Shown: in pieces, positions 47,901 to 59,899 of the stretch | How positions within the stretch are numbered: the stretch's first letter is position 1 | Layout: each line of letters opens with the position of its first letter | Source: Psammoneis japonica | Lineage: Eukaryota | Direction of reading: 5' to 3' | NCBI GenBank assembly: GCA_008632985.1 | Contig: QPGO01000113.1 | Location: 126,947-190,946 of the forward strand | DNA length: 64,000 nt | Position numbers and translations under genes: made by a program | The notes under the pieces: generated by a model | What the model saw: only the letters and a program-made list of their open reading frames with translations | Told to the model about the DNA's origin: nothing | Database searches by the model: none

Positions 47901-49571
47901 AAGAACACTGCGACATCTCGTTGCTGTTGTCGAGACATGCAGTCTCAACGATCTCCTGCACAATGCTAGCCAAATTCACCTCAACAAAGGTCAAACGGCA
48001 AAAGTGCAAGTACGGAACGAAAAGTCTCCGAAAATGTGGAGCGCATCAAATCAAAAATTACATTGTCATCACACACGGATTTCAATGTCATGCGTTACAA
48101 CGGAAAAAAGAACTTCTGTCCACAGTGAAAACACTTGTAAAATTCCGAAATGTGCTGTTTGGCCAACAGATTTGTGCACACACGGATCACAAGACACAAC
48201 GGACAAAGTCATGCGTTGACAACTTCAGTCCCAAATTAGAGTGCAACGAGGGCAAGGCGAACATCGTCGCGACAGACGCGATCAGCCGACTCACTGTAGA
48301 AAATTGAATCCTACGACAATGTCCTGCCGTTAAAACGGGATAAAGACATTTCCTCCAAATTGTCGGACGCGACATGTCATACGAACACTTTTCGTGGAGG
48401 CGAGCGAGATCAAAAATGCTCATGTCATAAGGAAAAAATCGCCTCATTTAGGGACGGTTAAAGAAAAAATCAGTGACAGATTGGTATACATTGTACGTAC
48501 CTACTTCACATTGGCAAAAGACAATCTCACAGCACCCGTACGATTGTAATGTACGATGTACGAGGCAAGACATAAATAACGTCACACGAGATGTGCCAAA
48601 GATTCAGAAACAAAACACAAAAATGGACATTATCCCCATAGTGCACGAAAGCAGTGCCTTCGGAATGACAAAATAACACCGGTATGTCAAAAAGAAACGT
48701 CCAAATAACGATTAAAATCCAACTGATAGATGGTTGAAGTACACAAAAATCCATAATGGAATTCATAACCATCACAGGATTGAATATATCAAGACGAAAT
48801 GGTCATATCCTTGACCATCGTTAATTACTACTTAAGAAACGTGGTAGTGCAGCAGAGCAATATGGCATATAAAGTAAGCCGGCCAAACTACACGAAATCC
48901 ACAAGTAAGTAAGTGAACGCCAATTAAGTGCGTACATCGAGTACTGGGCAAAATGCTATGTACAATCGATACCATGAAAGAACAGCAGGACAATTGGTCC
49001 GTGTGTCCAAATGAACATGAGACAAACCATGATACTCTCGAAAGACATTTGGAAAATGAAACGGCCCTGTGTATGCTGGCCTATAACAACAACAGTCATT
49101 GCTAATGGCACAATACAGTGAACGTGGAGACATTATTGACACTGTCAATGTCCGTCGAATAATCCACTTAACAAATGACTCTAATGTGCAATTAGGGAGG
49201 CGAATGCAGTATGCGACTGTTATATACATATTTATGATTATATATTATTTATATGTCAATCGTACCACAGTCGTGGATGCGTACAAAGGACAGAACGATC
49301 ACACAGAGTTGATCGGATGTCGAGAATTGCAAATACGATCGATTGACGATGTTGACATCTTACGTGTCAATAGCAATCGTATCCGGACAATCTGTTGTCA
49401 CGAATATATTCTCCGAAAGGCCTTTTGTCTGTAGAAACAGTACAGAAGCTTTAGGCCATTGAGAACTCTTTCGGAGAAACCAAAAATCACAGAGTAAAAT
49501 TCAATCTCATAATTTCCACTTTTCGCACACTGTTCTGCTTTCGTTTACACTCGTTCTTCGAGCATAGTGCA
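44935..49571 (+). mobile_element. Gypsy-derived non-autonomous LTR element (family B)
   Basis: 367-bp LTRs 44935-45301 and 49205-49571 related to family A LTRs; TSD CATG; PPT attagggaggcgaa; interior has decayed gag/pol remnants (DMIMGRDLMSS, FRNVLFGQQ). Confidence 0.93.
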
Positions 49572-50540
49572 CATGCACTGGGAAAAACACAGGTCCCATG
49601 TGCACACAGCAGAGCAGATGGGCTCCAGCCAAACATGATCGGCACATGCTTTGCTTTCGTGCATCACAAGGCAGTGAACCAGGACAAAGACTTGTGCTTG
49701 TGGCAACTCTCCTTGGCTCATCTGGCCCAAGACAGAAAAGCCTTGCACAAAGTCAACCATGGGAGAGAAGATGCTTTTTTTCATCATCACAGCCAACTCT
49801 TCCTCAACTGGGTGAAGCTTCTTGGTGGCATTGGTTTCACAAATGCATGGAAAGTCACAACAGCTGAGCTTCTCCCATTTCCTCTAAATCAAGTGTGCAT
49901 CAAATCAAGTCAGTGCAAACCATCATCTTTTTCATGGATGCTGCAACTGCTGTCCTTGTTCAAGAGAGAAGAGGATGAGCAAGAATGATGCACCAAGAGA
50001 GCACCAAATGTCATGACAGCACAGACCATTGTCAGATGGGTCTTGAGCCAGAGAGCCAATGCTGAGTTTCTCTGTCTTCCCCGGTGTGTGATGAGAATTA
50101 ATGCCTTCATTGAACAACCACTCAGTGCAACATGCGTTGTCATGTGCGCACTGTGTGTGTACATCCATGTGTTGAATAAAAGCACATTTCAATCGTACGT
50201 CAATCGTGGGTTCGTACGAAGTGCAGATCAATCACACAGAAGTGATCGGATGTCGAGAATCGCAAATGCGATTGTACGACAATGTTGACATCTTATGTGT
50301 CAATGTCAATCGCATCCGGACAATCTGTTGTCACGATCATATTCTCCGAAAGGCCTTTTGTCTGTAGGAGCAGTGCAAAAGGTTTAGGCTGTTGAGAACC
50401 CGTTCGGAGAAACCCAAAATGATTGAGCAGAAACAATTCTCATAATTTTCACTTTTTGAACTTCACTCTACTTTCGTTTACACTCGTTCTTCGAGCACAG
50501 TGCATTGTGCATACACACCACAGAAGGCAACAAGTTCAAG

Positions 50541-51695
50541 ATGAAGCTTTCACCTCATGCAACCAACGCCAAAACTTCGTCAAGGCAGGAGAAAATCGTC
50601 CCTCAACCGCTGGAATCGAACTCCGAGCCGAAGAGCCTCAAACCGAGCCAGTGCCTCAAGATGGAGCAACGTTTTCATCCCGAGAAGAAGGATGGCCGCA
50701 CCCACACCATCAATGTTGAGCACTGTAAGAAACAAGGTGTCCCCAAGTTCATCGAATTTCTCAAGAGCTACGATCAACTTTTGGTGGGCCAGAACATCAG
50801 GAAGCAATCTGACAAGTTTCGTCTCATGCGCATGTCACTCCAAGGAGATGCTCTACGTGCTTTCGAGAATGCGGCAGCGAACCTTGAAGACGAATCTGCG
50901 GAAGGAAGCTTCGAGAAATGCCTGCAACATCTCACGAGGCATGTGTTTCCCAAGAATGCACTTTCGGTGCAGAAACGTTATTTGCGTCGTGATCTCAAGA
51001 AGCCGGAGTCCATGAAAGTACGCGAAATTGCTGCTTGGGTCCAAGAAGTCAACGAAGACCTCAAGTTCTATCCTCCCTTTGGGAAGGAACAGAAGATCGA
51101 GGACGACGAGCTCAAGGACATCCTCTTCAACCTTGCACCTCGAAAGTGGCAGCGTCAGTCGACCGTCCAGGGTTTCGAAATTTTGAAACATGCCTGTGAC
51201 GAGCTGGTTGAGTTCTTGGAGCGCCCAGAGGTCGCAGAAGACATGTTTGATGGCATTCATGCCAAGGCTGATGGCAGTGGCGGCACTGCATCAAAAGCCA
51301 AGAGTGGTTCCCAACGTGGTTCCAAAAATGGTCACCAACATGGCACCGAAAAATCTCAGTCCGAGAAGTGGTGCATTTCATGCGAGAAATCCACTCACAA
51401 CACGGACAAGTGCTGGTCGATCAAAAGACTTGCGAAAGAACGCCGTGGGAACTGTGAACCCGACCCGAAACGGCGCCGTTCAAATGGCAATCGCACGTGG
51501 TCTCGTCGCGATAACGATGACGCCGCTCGCAAAGAAGAGTTGAATGCCATGGCGATCCAAGCAGTTCAAAAATTACTCAAAGCGAGTTCTTCGAACAATG
51601 ACAAAAAACACAAGAGCAAAGATTGTGATTCTGACACCCTTGACGAGGAAAATTGTCAGTTTGAAAAAATGACGTGCAGTGATTCCGAGGAATGA
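50541..51695 (+). CDS. Gag of Gypsy copy 2
   Basis: Near-identical to the gag of copy 1. Confidence 0.85.
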   Translation: MKLSPHATNAKTSSRQEKIVPQPLESNSEPKSLKPSQCLKMEQRFHPEKKDGRTHTINVEHCKKQGVPKFIEFLKSYDQLLVGQNIRKQSDKFRLMRMSLQGDALRAFENAAANLEDESAEGSFEKCLQHLTRHVFPKNALSVQKRYLRRDLKKPESMKVREIAAWVQEVNEDLKFYPPFGKEQKIEDDELKDILFNLAPRKWQRQSTVQGFEILKHACDELVEFLERPEVAEDMFDGIHAKADGSGGTASKAKSGSQRGSKNGHQHGTEKSQSEKWCISCEKSTHNTDKCWSIKRLAKERRGNCEPDPKRRRSNGNRTWSRRDNDDAARKEELNAMAIQAVQKLLKASSSNNDKKHKSKDCDSDTLDEENCQFEKMTCSDSEE

Positions 51696-54600
51696 CTTGC
51701 ACCGCAAGAGGAGTCTTGCGCTCTGCTGGACATTAGGAAGCCCAGAAAAAGGGCCAAAGTAATTCACACTAGTCCAGCAGTCGTCGCCCACATGAATGCT
51801 TCATCAGGTAAGGTGAAAAATGAGCCTCTACGCGTTCTCCTCGATGGCGGAACATCGTCAACCATAATTTTGCGCAAATTCACGCGGAAACTCAGAACAA
51901 AAGCATCCGCCACCAAACTCTGGGAAACCAAAGGAGGGCTCTTCACGACTGACAGTCGATGTAAGATCCAATTCTCCTCACCCGAATTTGACAAACATGA
52001 GATGATTGAAACAACGGTGTGTGTTGATGACTCCCCTTCTTCTTCGAGTCGTTATGATGTGATCATGGGACGCGACTTAATGTCAAGTCTTGGGACAATG
52101 TCAGACTTCTCGAGTGAAGAAATTAAATGGGAAGATGCAACTGCTCCTGTGAAGAATGTTGACACACTCTTCAATGCCGATGTTTTTAAGTTGATTGCCG
52201 ATCATGTTGAGGAATCTCATGCAGTGATTGGTCTTAATGACAGGGTCAATCGGATCCTTGACTCAGACCATCACGCTGCAAACCTCAACAATGTGACCGC
52301 AGCAGCTGCTCATCTAACTCCTGAAGAGCAGAAGCAGCTGAACTTCCTCTTAAAAAGATTTGAAAACCTTTTCGATGGTTCTCTGGGCAAATGGACCGGG
52401 AAACCGGTGGATTTAAAGTTGAAATCGGGCGTGAGTCCGCATCATGCCAAACCATTTCCCGCACCACAAGCCTTGGAGGCGACTGCTCGTAAGGAGGTTG
52501 AAAGACTGTGCAAGTTGAAAGTCTTGAGAAAAATAAATTGTTCTGAATGGGCGGCTCCAACCTTTGTTCAACCCAAGAAAAATGGAAGAGTTCGGTTCTC
52601 ACCCGACTTTCGTGAGCTGAACAAGAGGTTAATTCGCACTCCGTTTCCTCTGCCCAACATTCAGGACATGCCACAGAAGCTCGAAGGCTTCATGCATGCA
52701 ACGTCCCTAGATTTAAACATGGGACACTGTCACATCGAATTGACGCCGCATGCACGTCGCTTGTGCACGATTGTCATGCCTTGGGGCAAACATGAGTGCT
52801 GTAGACTCCCGATGGGAATCTGTGGAGCTCCAGATGTTTTCCAAGAGCACATGAGTGAGCTCATGGCAGGTCTGGAGTTCGTCAGAACTTGTGTTGACGA
52901 CATGTTGTGTCCCACAAAAGGTGATTTTCAAGACCACCTCAAGAAGCTTGAAACGGTGTTCTTGCGCCTGGAACAAGCCGGATTGAAGGTCAACGCCGAG
53001 AAGTCCTTTTTTGCTAAACCCGAAGTAGACTATCTAGGCTTTCATGTCACCCGCAAGGGCATCAGTCCGATTCCAAAAAAAGTAGAAGCGATTCACGCGA
53101 TCGCAACTCCTAAAACTCGCAAGGAATTGCGACGCTTTATCGGTGTGATCAACTGCTGTCGAGACATGTGGCCTCGACGATCTCATGTTTTAGCTCCCTT
53201 AGCCAAACTCACTTCTGCCCAAGTAAAGTGGCAATGGACCGAAACAGAACAAAAAGCCTTCGAAAATGTGAAGCGCATCATCTCCAAAGATGTGCTGTTG
53301 TCACACCCGAATTTTAACACACCCTTTGAGACACACGCCGATGCTGGTAAATCTCAATTGGGGGCGGTCATTGCTCAGAAAAACCGACCAATTGCCTTCT
53401 ACAGCTGCAAGCTGAATGGAGCGCAGACGCGTTGTGCTGCAACGGAAAAAGAGCCATTGTCCACAGTGGAGACGTTAAAAGAGTTCCGAAATGTGCTGTT
53501 TGGCCAACAGACAAACACATGCACGGATCACAAAAATCTCACACACAAAAATTTCACAACGGACAGAGTCATGCATTGGCGTCTAACAACAGAAGAATGC
53601 AGTCCCGAAATAAAATGCCTTGAGGGCAAGGCAAATGTTGTCGCAGACGCGATCAGCTGACTTGCTGTGAAGAAAACAGAACCTGTGGAAACCCTCAGCA
53701 CAGAAGAGCTGGCTGAAAAGGTCCTGCCAAAATCCCACGACAATGTCTTTCCGTTAAATTACAAAGTTCTTGATTGTGAACAAAAACGGGACAAAGACAT
53801 TCTCTCCCAATTGTCAAATAAGACGTTTCACACGAAGACTTTTCGTGGAGGCGAGCGAGACCGGTTGCTCACATGTCACAAGGATAAAATTGTCGTCCCG
53901 AGGACGTTGCAAAAGGCAGTGATAGATTGGTGTCATGCATGCCTTCTTCACCCTGGCATAAATCGAACAGAAGAAACAATCTCACAACACCTGTGGCGGT
54001 CCACCTTGCGTGAAGACATACGAAAATGCGTGTCGAGATGTGAGACGTGCCAAAAATTCAAAAAGAAACACAAGAAACATGGACATTTGCCTCCTGAGTG
54101 CGCAGAATCCGCACCATGGGAACGACTGTGTGTGGACCTCATTGGGCCATACAAAATGCGCCGCAAGGGAAAGAAAAAACCCCCAGTCCTGAAATGTTTA
54201 ACCATGATCGATCCAGCAACCGGATGGTTTGAAGTTGTGGAAATCCCAAACAAGGAGTCCACAACTGCAGCTGGACCATTAGAACGAACATGGCTGAGTA
54301 GACATCCTTGGCCATCGTCAATTGCATGTGACCGTGGAAGTGAGTTCATCGGACACCAATTTAGAGAAATGGTGCAAGATGATTATGGCATTAAAGTCAA
54401 GCCTACAACTACACGAAATCCACAAGCAAACGCAATTGTTGAACGCGTGCATCAAGCACTGGGGAACATGCTCCGTACATTTGATTTGCAACATACACCT
54501 CTAGATACTGAGGATCCTTTCGCTGGAATACTATCAGCAGTAGCATTTGCGGTACGTTCTACGTATCATACCACTACGCAAGCTACACCAGGACAACTAG

Positions 54601-54896
54601 TCTTCAATAGAGACATGATATTTAACGTCCAACATGTCGCGGACTGGAAATTAATCCAGCAGCGAAAACAAGAAATCATAAATAAAAATAACGCTCGAGA
54701 GAATGCTCGACGTACTCCTTACACGTACAGAGTAGGAGAAAAGATACTACTCGAGAAAGACTCGCAAAAATTAGAACAGCCCTATGTTGGACCGTATGCA
54801 ATAACAACGGTACATACTAATGGCACAGTACAGATCAAACGCGGTAACGTTATTGACACTGTCAATATTCGTCGAATAATACCGTTTAACGACTGA
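51696..54896 (+). pseudogene. Pol of Gypsy copy 2, one premature TGA at 53658-53660
   Basis: PR-RT-RH-IN motifs; CGA in copy 1 is TGA here; many Tyr->Cys/His changes. Confidence 0.92.
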
Positions 54897-55949
54897 CTCT
54901 AATGTGCAATTAGGGAGGCGAATGCAATATGCGTTGTCATGTACGTACTATATATGTATATCTATATATTAAATAAAAGTATATTTCAATCGTACGTCAA
55001 TCGTGGGTTCGTACGAAGTACAGATCAATCACACAGAAGTGATCGGATGTCGAGAATCGCAAATGCGATTGTACGATAATGTTGACATCTTATGTGTCAA
55101 TATCAATCGTATCCGGACAATCTGTTGTCACGATCATATTCTCCGAAAGGCCTTTTGTCTGTAGGAGCAGTACAAAAGGTTTAGGCTGTTGAGAACCCGT
55201 TCGGAGAAACCCAAAATGATTGAGTAGAAACAATTCTCATAATTTTCACTTTTTGAACTTCACTCTACTTTCGTTTACACTCGTTCTTCGAGCATAGTGC
55301 ATCAGAGAGCCAATGCTGAGATTCTCTGTCATTGGTGCATGGCGAGATGAACAATCACTCTCCCTGCCTTGATTGTTGGGGGAGACATTTCCATGGTTTG
55401 CCAATTGAAGCTCTTGATTGTTGCCAGGAGGAAATGAAAAAAGAGGAGATGAGTGGGATTGATCACCATCAAGCCTGATGCAAGGTGCATTGTTCAGGCT
55501 AAAATGGAAGAAAAAAACACTGGGGAGACCTTTGAAAATGTCAGCAGAGAGCATGCTTGTCCTTGTTGTCAGCCAATGCAACCTGGACCAAGTGTGACTG
55601 TGTCAGGGGTGCGCCATTGTCGCCAACAGATGTCAGATTGAAGGACTGGTTGTGCAGTGTTCAGCAAAAAAAGACTGGTGCAGCAGAAACACAGCAAAAC
55701 AAAGGTGGAGAGCTGTCAAACAGAAGGAAAAGAAAATGAGCCACACAGGTGACTTCGAATGGGCAAAAAACATGTGATTGTTTGTGAGTTAAAAACCATC
55801 ACACCAGACAAAATTAACACTCACTCAAATTGATCAGTTGTGGAAGTGATCAGCACAAAAATGAATGTGAAGTTTTGGTCATTGATCAGTGCTCTTCTGG
55901 TTAAGAACTGAAACATGTCACAGACACAAAACAACCAAGCACCATGATT

Positions 55950-56442
55950 GTGTGTGTGGGGGGGGGTGCATTGCAGTGATGATGACTTCGTTCAAACTCT
56001 CTGTGGTGAACAAACAAGATGCCATCAAGGAAGAAGGTTAACTTTCATGGCTTCAAACACCCTGTGGCACCAAGGTAAAGTGGAAGCAGACTTTGAGAAG
56101 GACAAACCAATCTTTGTCCGAATGTTCCCAAGACCTCACAAAACTGTTCATTGGGCATTGTCAAACCAGAGCTGGGCAAGATCTGTTTTTTTTTGTTCAG
56201 CTCCCAACTGTTGCCAAAAGTCACTGCCTGAGCTTCAGAGCATGAAGGCCGGAACACCTCTTGTCAACAAACATGCCAAGTGGACAAGGGTTGAAATGCC
56301 ATGGCAAGCAAGACATTCAAATGATTGTGGAATGTGGACATGTTGTGTTGCAGCCGCAAACACTCGACTTCTCAAGCTTCATGGGTTGTTAGATGAAGAA
56401 CCTGTTGGAGAGAGAAAAGATACAATGGAAACAGTAAGATGA
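55950..56442 (+). pseudogene. Relic of Ulp1/C48-like cysteine protease domain
   Basis: VHWAL ... PWQARHSNDCGMW resembles the HW...Q..N.DCG catalytic motifs. Confidence 0.5.
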
Positions 56443-56889
56443 AAACAATGACACTCGCGCCGGACATGACGATGAAGGATTTGGGCTGCATGGGTCGAAA
56501 ACACATGTTGGATTGCTTCAGTCACAACGAATGCAAGAGATGACATTAACATCGCCGCATAACTTGCCATTTCATCTGATTAACGTCGACATTACCTCTG
56601 GGTATCTTACATAGTGTGTTTACGAATATGCAAGAGAGCTACTTTGGGCTGTACTATCCAACAGCCTCGAGCGTTTCGACATCACCGAAACTAATTGCCC
56701 GATTTGATCGATCGTCCGATTGCGTATCGCTTTGTTTGCTTACAGGCCAAGCGGCTTTTTACACTCTCGCATTTGCTGTTGTTGTCGAGCAGTAAAACCA
56801 ATTGTTCGTACAAGGTACCTTAACCATACAACATCGAGACACAAAGCGATAAGAGAGACCTTTATTATTATTGTTGTTTCGACTCGTCT

Positions 56890-57549
56890 CTAATTCCAAA
56901 GCAACCAGGCTACAAAACCAAAGATCATAGTCAAACCACTCCAAGCCGCTTTGAAAGAGGCCGAATTATCGTCAGAAGGACATCCCGGTTCGGTAGAGCT
57001 GGAGGGGCAATCACACGTGCTATGCAAGCAGAACCACTGCAAATCCCCTTCCCCTACGGGGCCAACTCCAAAGGTCGTGTCCACACACCCGCATACTGCC
57101 GTCAAATCGCCACCGTCACTGCATGTGTCATAAGAACAGGGAGGGTCGCCAACTTGGCCGGTAGGATTGTCAGTGGTACACTCTGGATTCCTGCCATCGT
57201 TTCCTTCAGCATTAGGGTCGAAGCCAACGGGCACGGGGATGGTATCCGGGCAGATCTTGTCCGCCGCGGGTCCAAAGGGAACGGGAGGTTCCTGCAAAGC
57301 ACCATTGGCATCCTCATTGCACTGCCAAATCCATGGGCCCAAGGGATCAGAGTCTCCAAGGATTGGGCTGCAATAGCACTTGTTATTGTCACCAATGGAG
57401 CAGCCTTGTTCTCCACTGACGCGCCACTGCCCGAAAAAGCCTCCATCACTCAAAAAGTCGGTTCCCGTGACGCAGCACTCGTCGCCCGTTTCCACAGACA
57501 GGGCGCTGCCGACGACGATGCTGAGAAGAAGCAGTCTACGAATGATCAT
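56890..57549 (-). CDS. Secreted Cys/Gly/Pro-rich protein, possibly GPI- or membrane-anchored
   Basis: Signal peptide MIIRRLLLLSIVVGSALS; two C-x-C...W-x-C modules; hydrophobic C-terminus. Confidence 0.8.
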   Translation of the reverse strand: MIIRRLLLLSIVVGSALSVETGDECCVTGTDFLSDGGFFGQWRVSGEQGCSIGDNNKCYCSPILGDSDPLGPWIWQCNEDANGALQEPPVPFGPAADKICPDTIPVPVGFDPNAEGNDGRNPECTTDNPTGQVGDPPCSYDTCSDGGDLTAVCGCVDTTFGVGPVGEGDLQWFCLHSTCDCPSSSTEPGCPSDDNSASFKAAWSGLTMIFGFVAWLLWN

Positions 57550-57851
57550 GGTTGTTGCGGCTGCTGTTGGCTTCGTTTCGTAGTAATGTAATCCGATAGA
57601 TCCGAAGACTCCTCATCGATGTCCGATGTAATGTCTGTGTCTGTTTACTGTATTTCGCGATCCAGAAATTGGAAATGATCGCATTTTCTTCATTTTTGAG
57701 AAGAGGGGTTCTAAAATAACTAAAAAATGTGACAAAATCGAAATGTCCGATGAAACCAATGTCGACGAAAGAATCATCCTGGCTGTTGGTTTAAGTTGTT
57801 CGTTGCTGTAGGTACAACAGATTGTTAGAGGCAAATGTGAAGTTAAGTTAA

Positions 57852-59763
57852 CTATCGCCTGTACCAATGAGTAGTGAAGTTGAAGTATAGCGTGAGAACA
57901 CCTCGCTCAAAGGTGCTCTTGAAGCCACGTTTCCTGGAGCGATTCCACTCCCGATTGATAATCTTGAAGGCAATGTCTTCGTATGGAGGGCCAGCGTGAA
58001 ACCTAATAATGCAGAACTCGTCAGAGTCAGCTGGTTCCAGAAAGAACTGTGGAGTTTTGGTTCTGTCAAGCAAATCAGGATAGAAAATGTTGAACTTGTA
58101 ACCTTGTACCGTTTTCGGCGGAGGGTTGTCATGGTCATAGTGAGTCTGATTGTATTTGTTCCAATCGTATCCCGTCTTCACGCGATTGAAATAGCGAGGC
58201 TTACGGGGCTTGTATTTGTCTTGCCAAGCGTAAGAAGTTCCTTCCATGTCAACCTCGTTAGTAAGGCCGATTTCTTCCTCGAGGTTACCAAACCCTGGCT
58301 CGACACCCTTGGGAAGAGCTGGAGCCTCATCGTCCACCTTCTTGTCGGTTTCATTTGCTTCGGCGTTTCCTGCAGCTTTGCCCGACTCGGCTTCTCTAGC
58401 CAATGACTCTTTCTTCAGTTCGAGCCTCTCAAGTTGTCGCACAAGCATCTTGGAGTGCAAATGAGACAGCTCCATCTTGGCGAGATGCACGTTAAGTTGA
58501 CTCAACACTGTCTCCCAGTAAGGAACATCAACCACACCGCCTCCAGATTCACCAAAGGTTGCTCCGGTAGCAGCCCTCCGGAGTTTCACAACGATTTCGT
58601 CTCTCATTTTACACAAGGCTGCAAAGGATTGCTCCTCGAATAGCTTGTGAATCTCCTTGACAGTGTCCGCATGAGATCCCTCGTCACCGCCAGTCTTTAG
58701 GTACTCAATCTCATCCTTCACCACCAAGCGTAGAGCGTCCCAATATTTTAGAACAGTATTATCTTCGCCTTCTTTAAAGTCTTCGCCACTCCGTCTCGCC
58801 GCAACCACCGCTTCATTTTCCAGGTTTCGGAATACCTCAATGTCCACCAAGAGCTCTTCCAACTCATTCAGTTTCAAAACCTTAACAAACGCGTGCGGTT
58901 CCTCGAGCTCTGCTTCCAACGTTTCCAACTCATCCATCGCATTGTAGTTTTCTTGATATTTAACTTTGGCCCTATTCTTCTTTTCCTCGTCAGACAGGCC
59001 AAACAACAGCAGGTTTTTGGCCAAAACATCAACAGGCTTTTCTCGTCCTTCCACCAGTCGAATCGCAGATCGCTGCCTCTGTTGCTGCAAGTGAAACTCT
59101 TCCTCCTTTCTGGCCCATTCATCATAATTCTCCAGCTCCTTCATACGACTCTCTTCCGCTTTAATGCGTTCCATTTCTTCAAATTGCTTCTCTCTATCTT
59201 CACGGCGACGTCGTACCTTCTCGATTTCCTCGAAAATGTGTTCCTGCTGTGAGGAGCGAGACTTCTTACTGTCAGCGTCAGTCTTTCGCTCCTTACCGAC
59301 TTTTTCTTCCTTCTTTTTCCACGAAAAGGTTTCATGTAAGTTAGGGTCGTTAAAGGGATTTTCTTCCGCCGTGTAGCCAAACTTGGCCGTGATTCGGGCT
59401 GCTCGACGATCTGCACGTCGCTGCTCCCTCTCTTCTAGCGTCTCTCCTCTAGCCGACAGCTTCTCGAGGAGTCGCTTGTTTTGCACCTTCTTTCGCTTTA
59501 CTTCGTCTGACTCTCATCACTGCTACTGCTATCACTACTGCTACTACTCGAAGATGAGGATCTGGACCTCTTGCGTTTCTTGCGCTTCTCGTGACGGTGT
59601 CGGCGACGTGACGACGATTTCTTCTTCTTCTTTTCTTGCGTCTCTTCTTCCGACCATCATCAGATGACTCATCATCATCTACACGTGACTTCTTACGATC
59701 GTCTCGGCGTCTGTGTTTTCTGGGTCGGTTATCATCGTCGTCGCTGTCATCGTGACGCCCCAT
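57852..59763 (-). CDS. CACTIN: Cactin (spliceosome-associated); apparent frameshifts in the low-complexity 5' part
   Basis: GYTAEENPFNDPNL, FHLQQQRQRSAIRL.EGR.KP.D, RKPRYFNRVKTGYDWNKYNQTHYD, FHAGPPYEDIAF. Confidence 0.93.
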
Positions 59764-59899
59764 CGTCAACTCGAGTTTCTTGTGTGTTGTTCGTGTTTAC
59801 GCTACCTACGTTCGTTTGATTGTATTATTGTCTGTATGTATGTGCGTGCGGTGTGCGTCGTCTGCCCGCCCACTCTATCTGACCAAGACCCCCCTACAA

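Larger units (their letters stand above)
50126..55301 (+). mobile_element. Ty3/Gypsy LTR retrotransposon, family A copy 2 (full length, mutated)
   Basis: 379-bp LTRs 50126-50504 and 54923-55301; TSD TCAG; collinear with copy 1. Confidence 0.97.
33380..56450. mobile_element. Old decayed repeat DNA (33380-34323, 41605-44934, 49572-50125, 55302-56450) hosting three nested LTR insertions
   Basis: Segments nearly lack both TA and CG and rejoin across the TSDs of the inserted elements. Confidence 0.65.

Noticed and set aside
18870..55301. Explaining the TG/CA excess by CpG deamination or classical RIP alone
   Set aside because: Unmutated partner LTRs and conserved Tyr motifs show TA as the ancestral state. 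CpG changes are present but are a minority, and RIP would create TA.
18870..55301. ADAR/APOBEC-type editing of the retroelement RNA or cDNA before integration
   Set aside because: A->G and T->C are mixed on the same strand, the two LTRs of one insertion differ heavily, and a DNA transposase is affected too; this points to chromosomal DNA after insertion.
17400..59620. Programmed frameshifting or pseudogenisation in the carrier gene (about 17430) and cactin (about 59500-59600)
   Set aside because: Short indels in otherwise intact genes, in homopolymer or low-complexity sequence, are more simply assembly errors; needs a read check.
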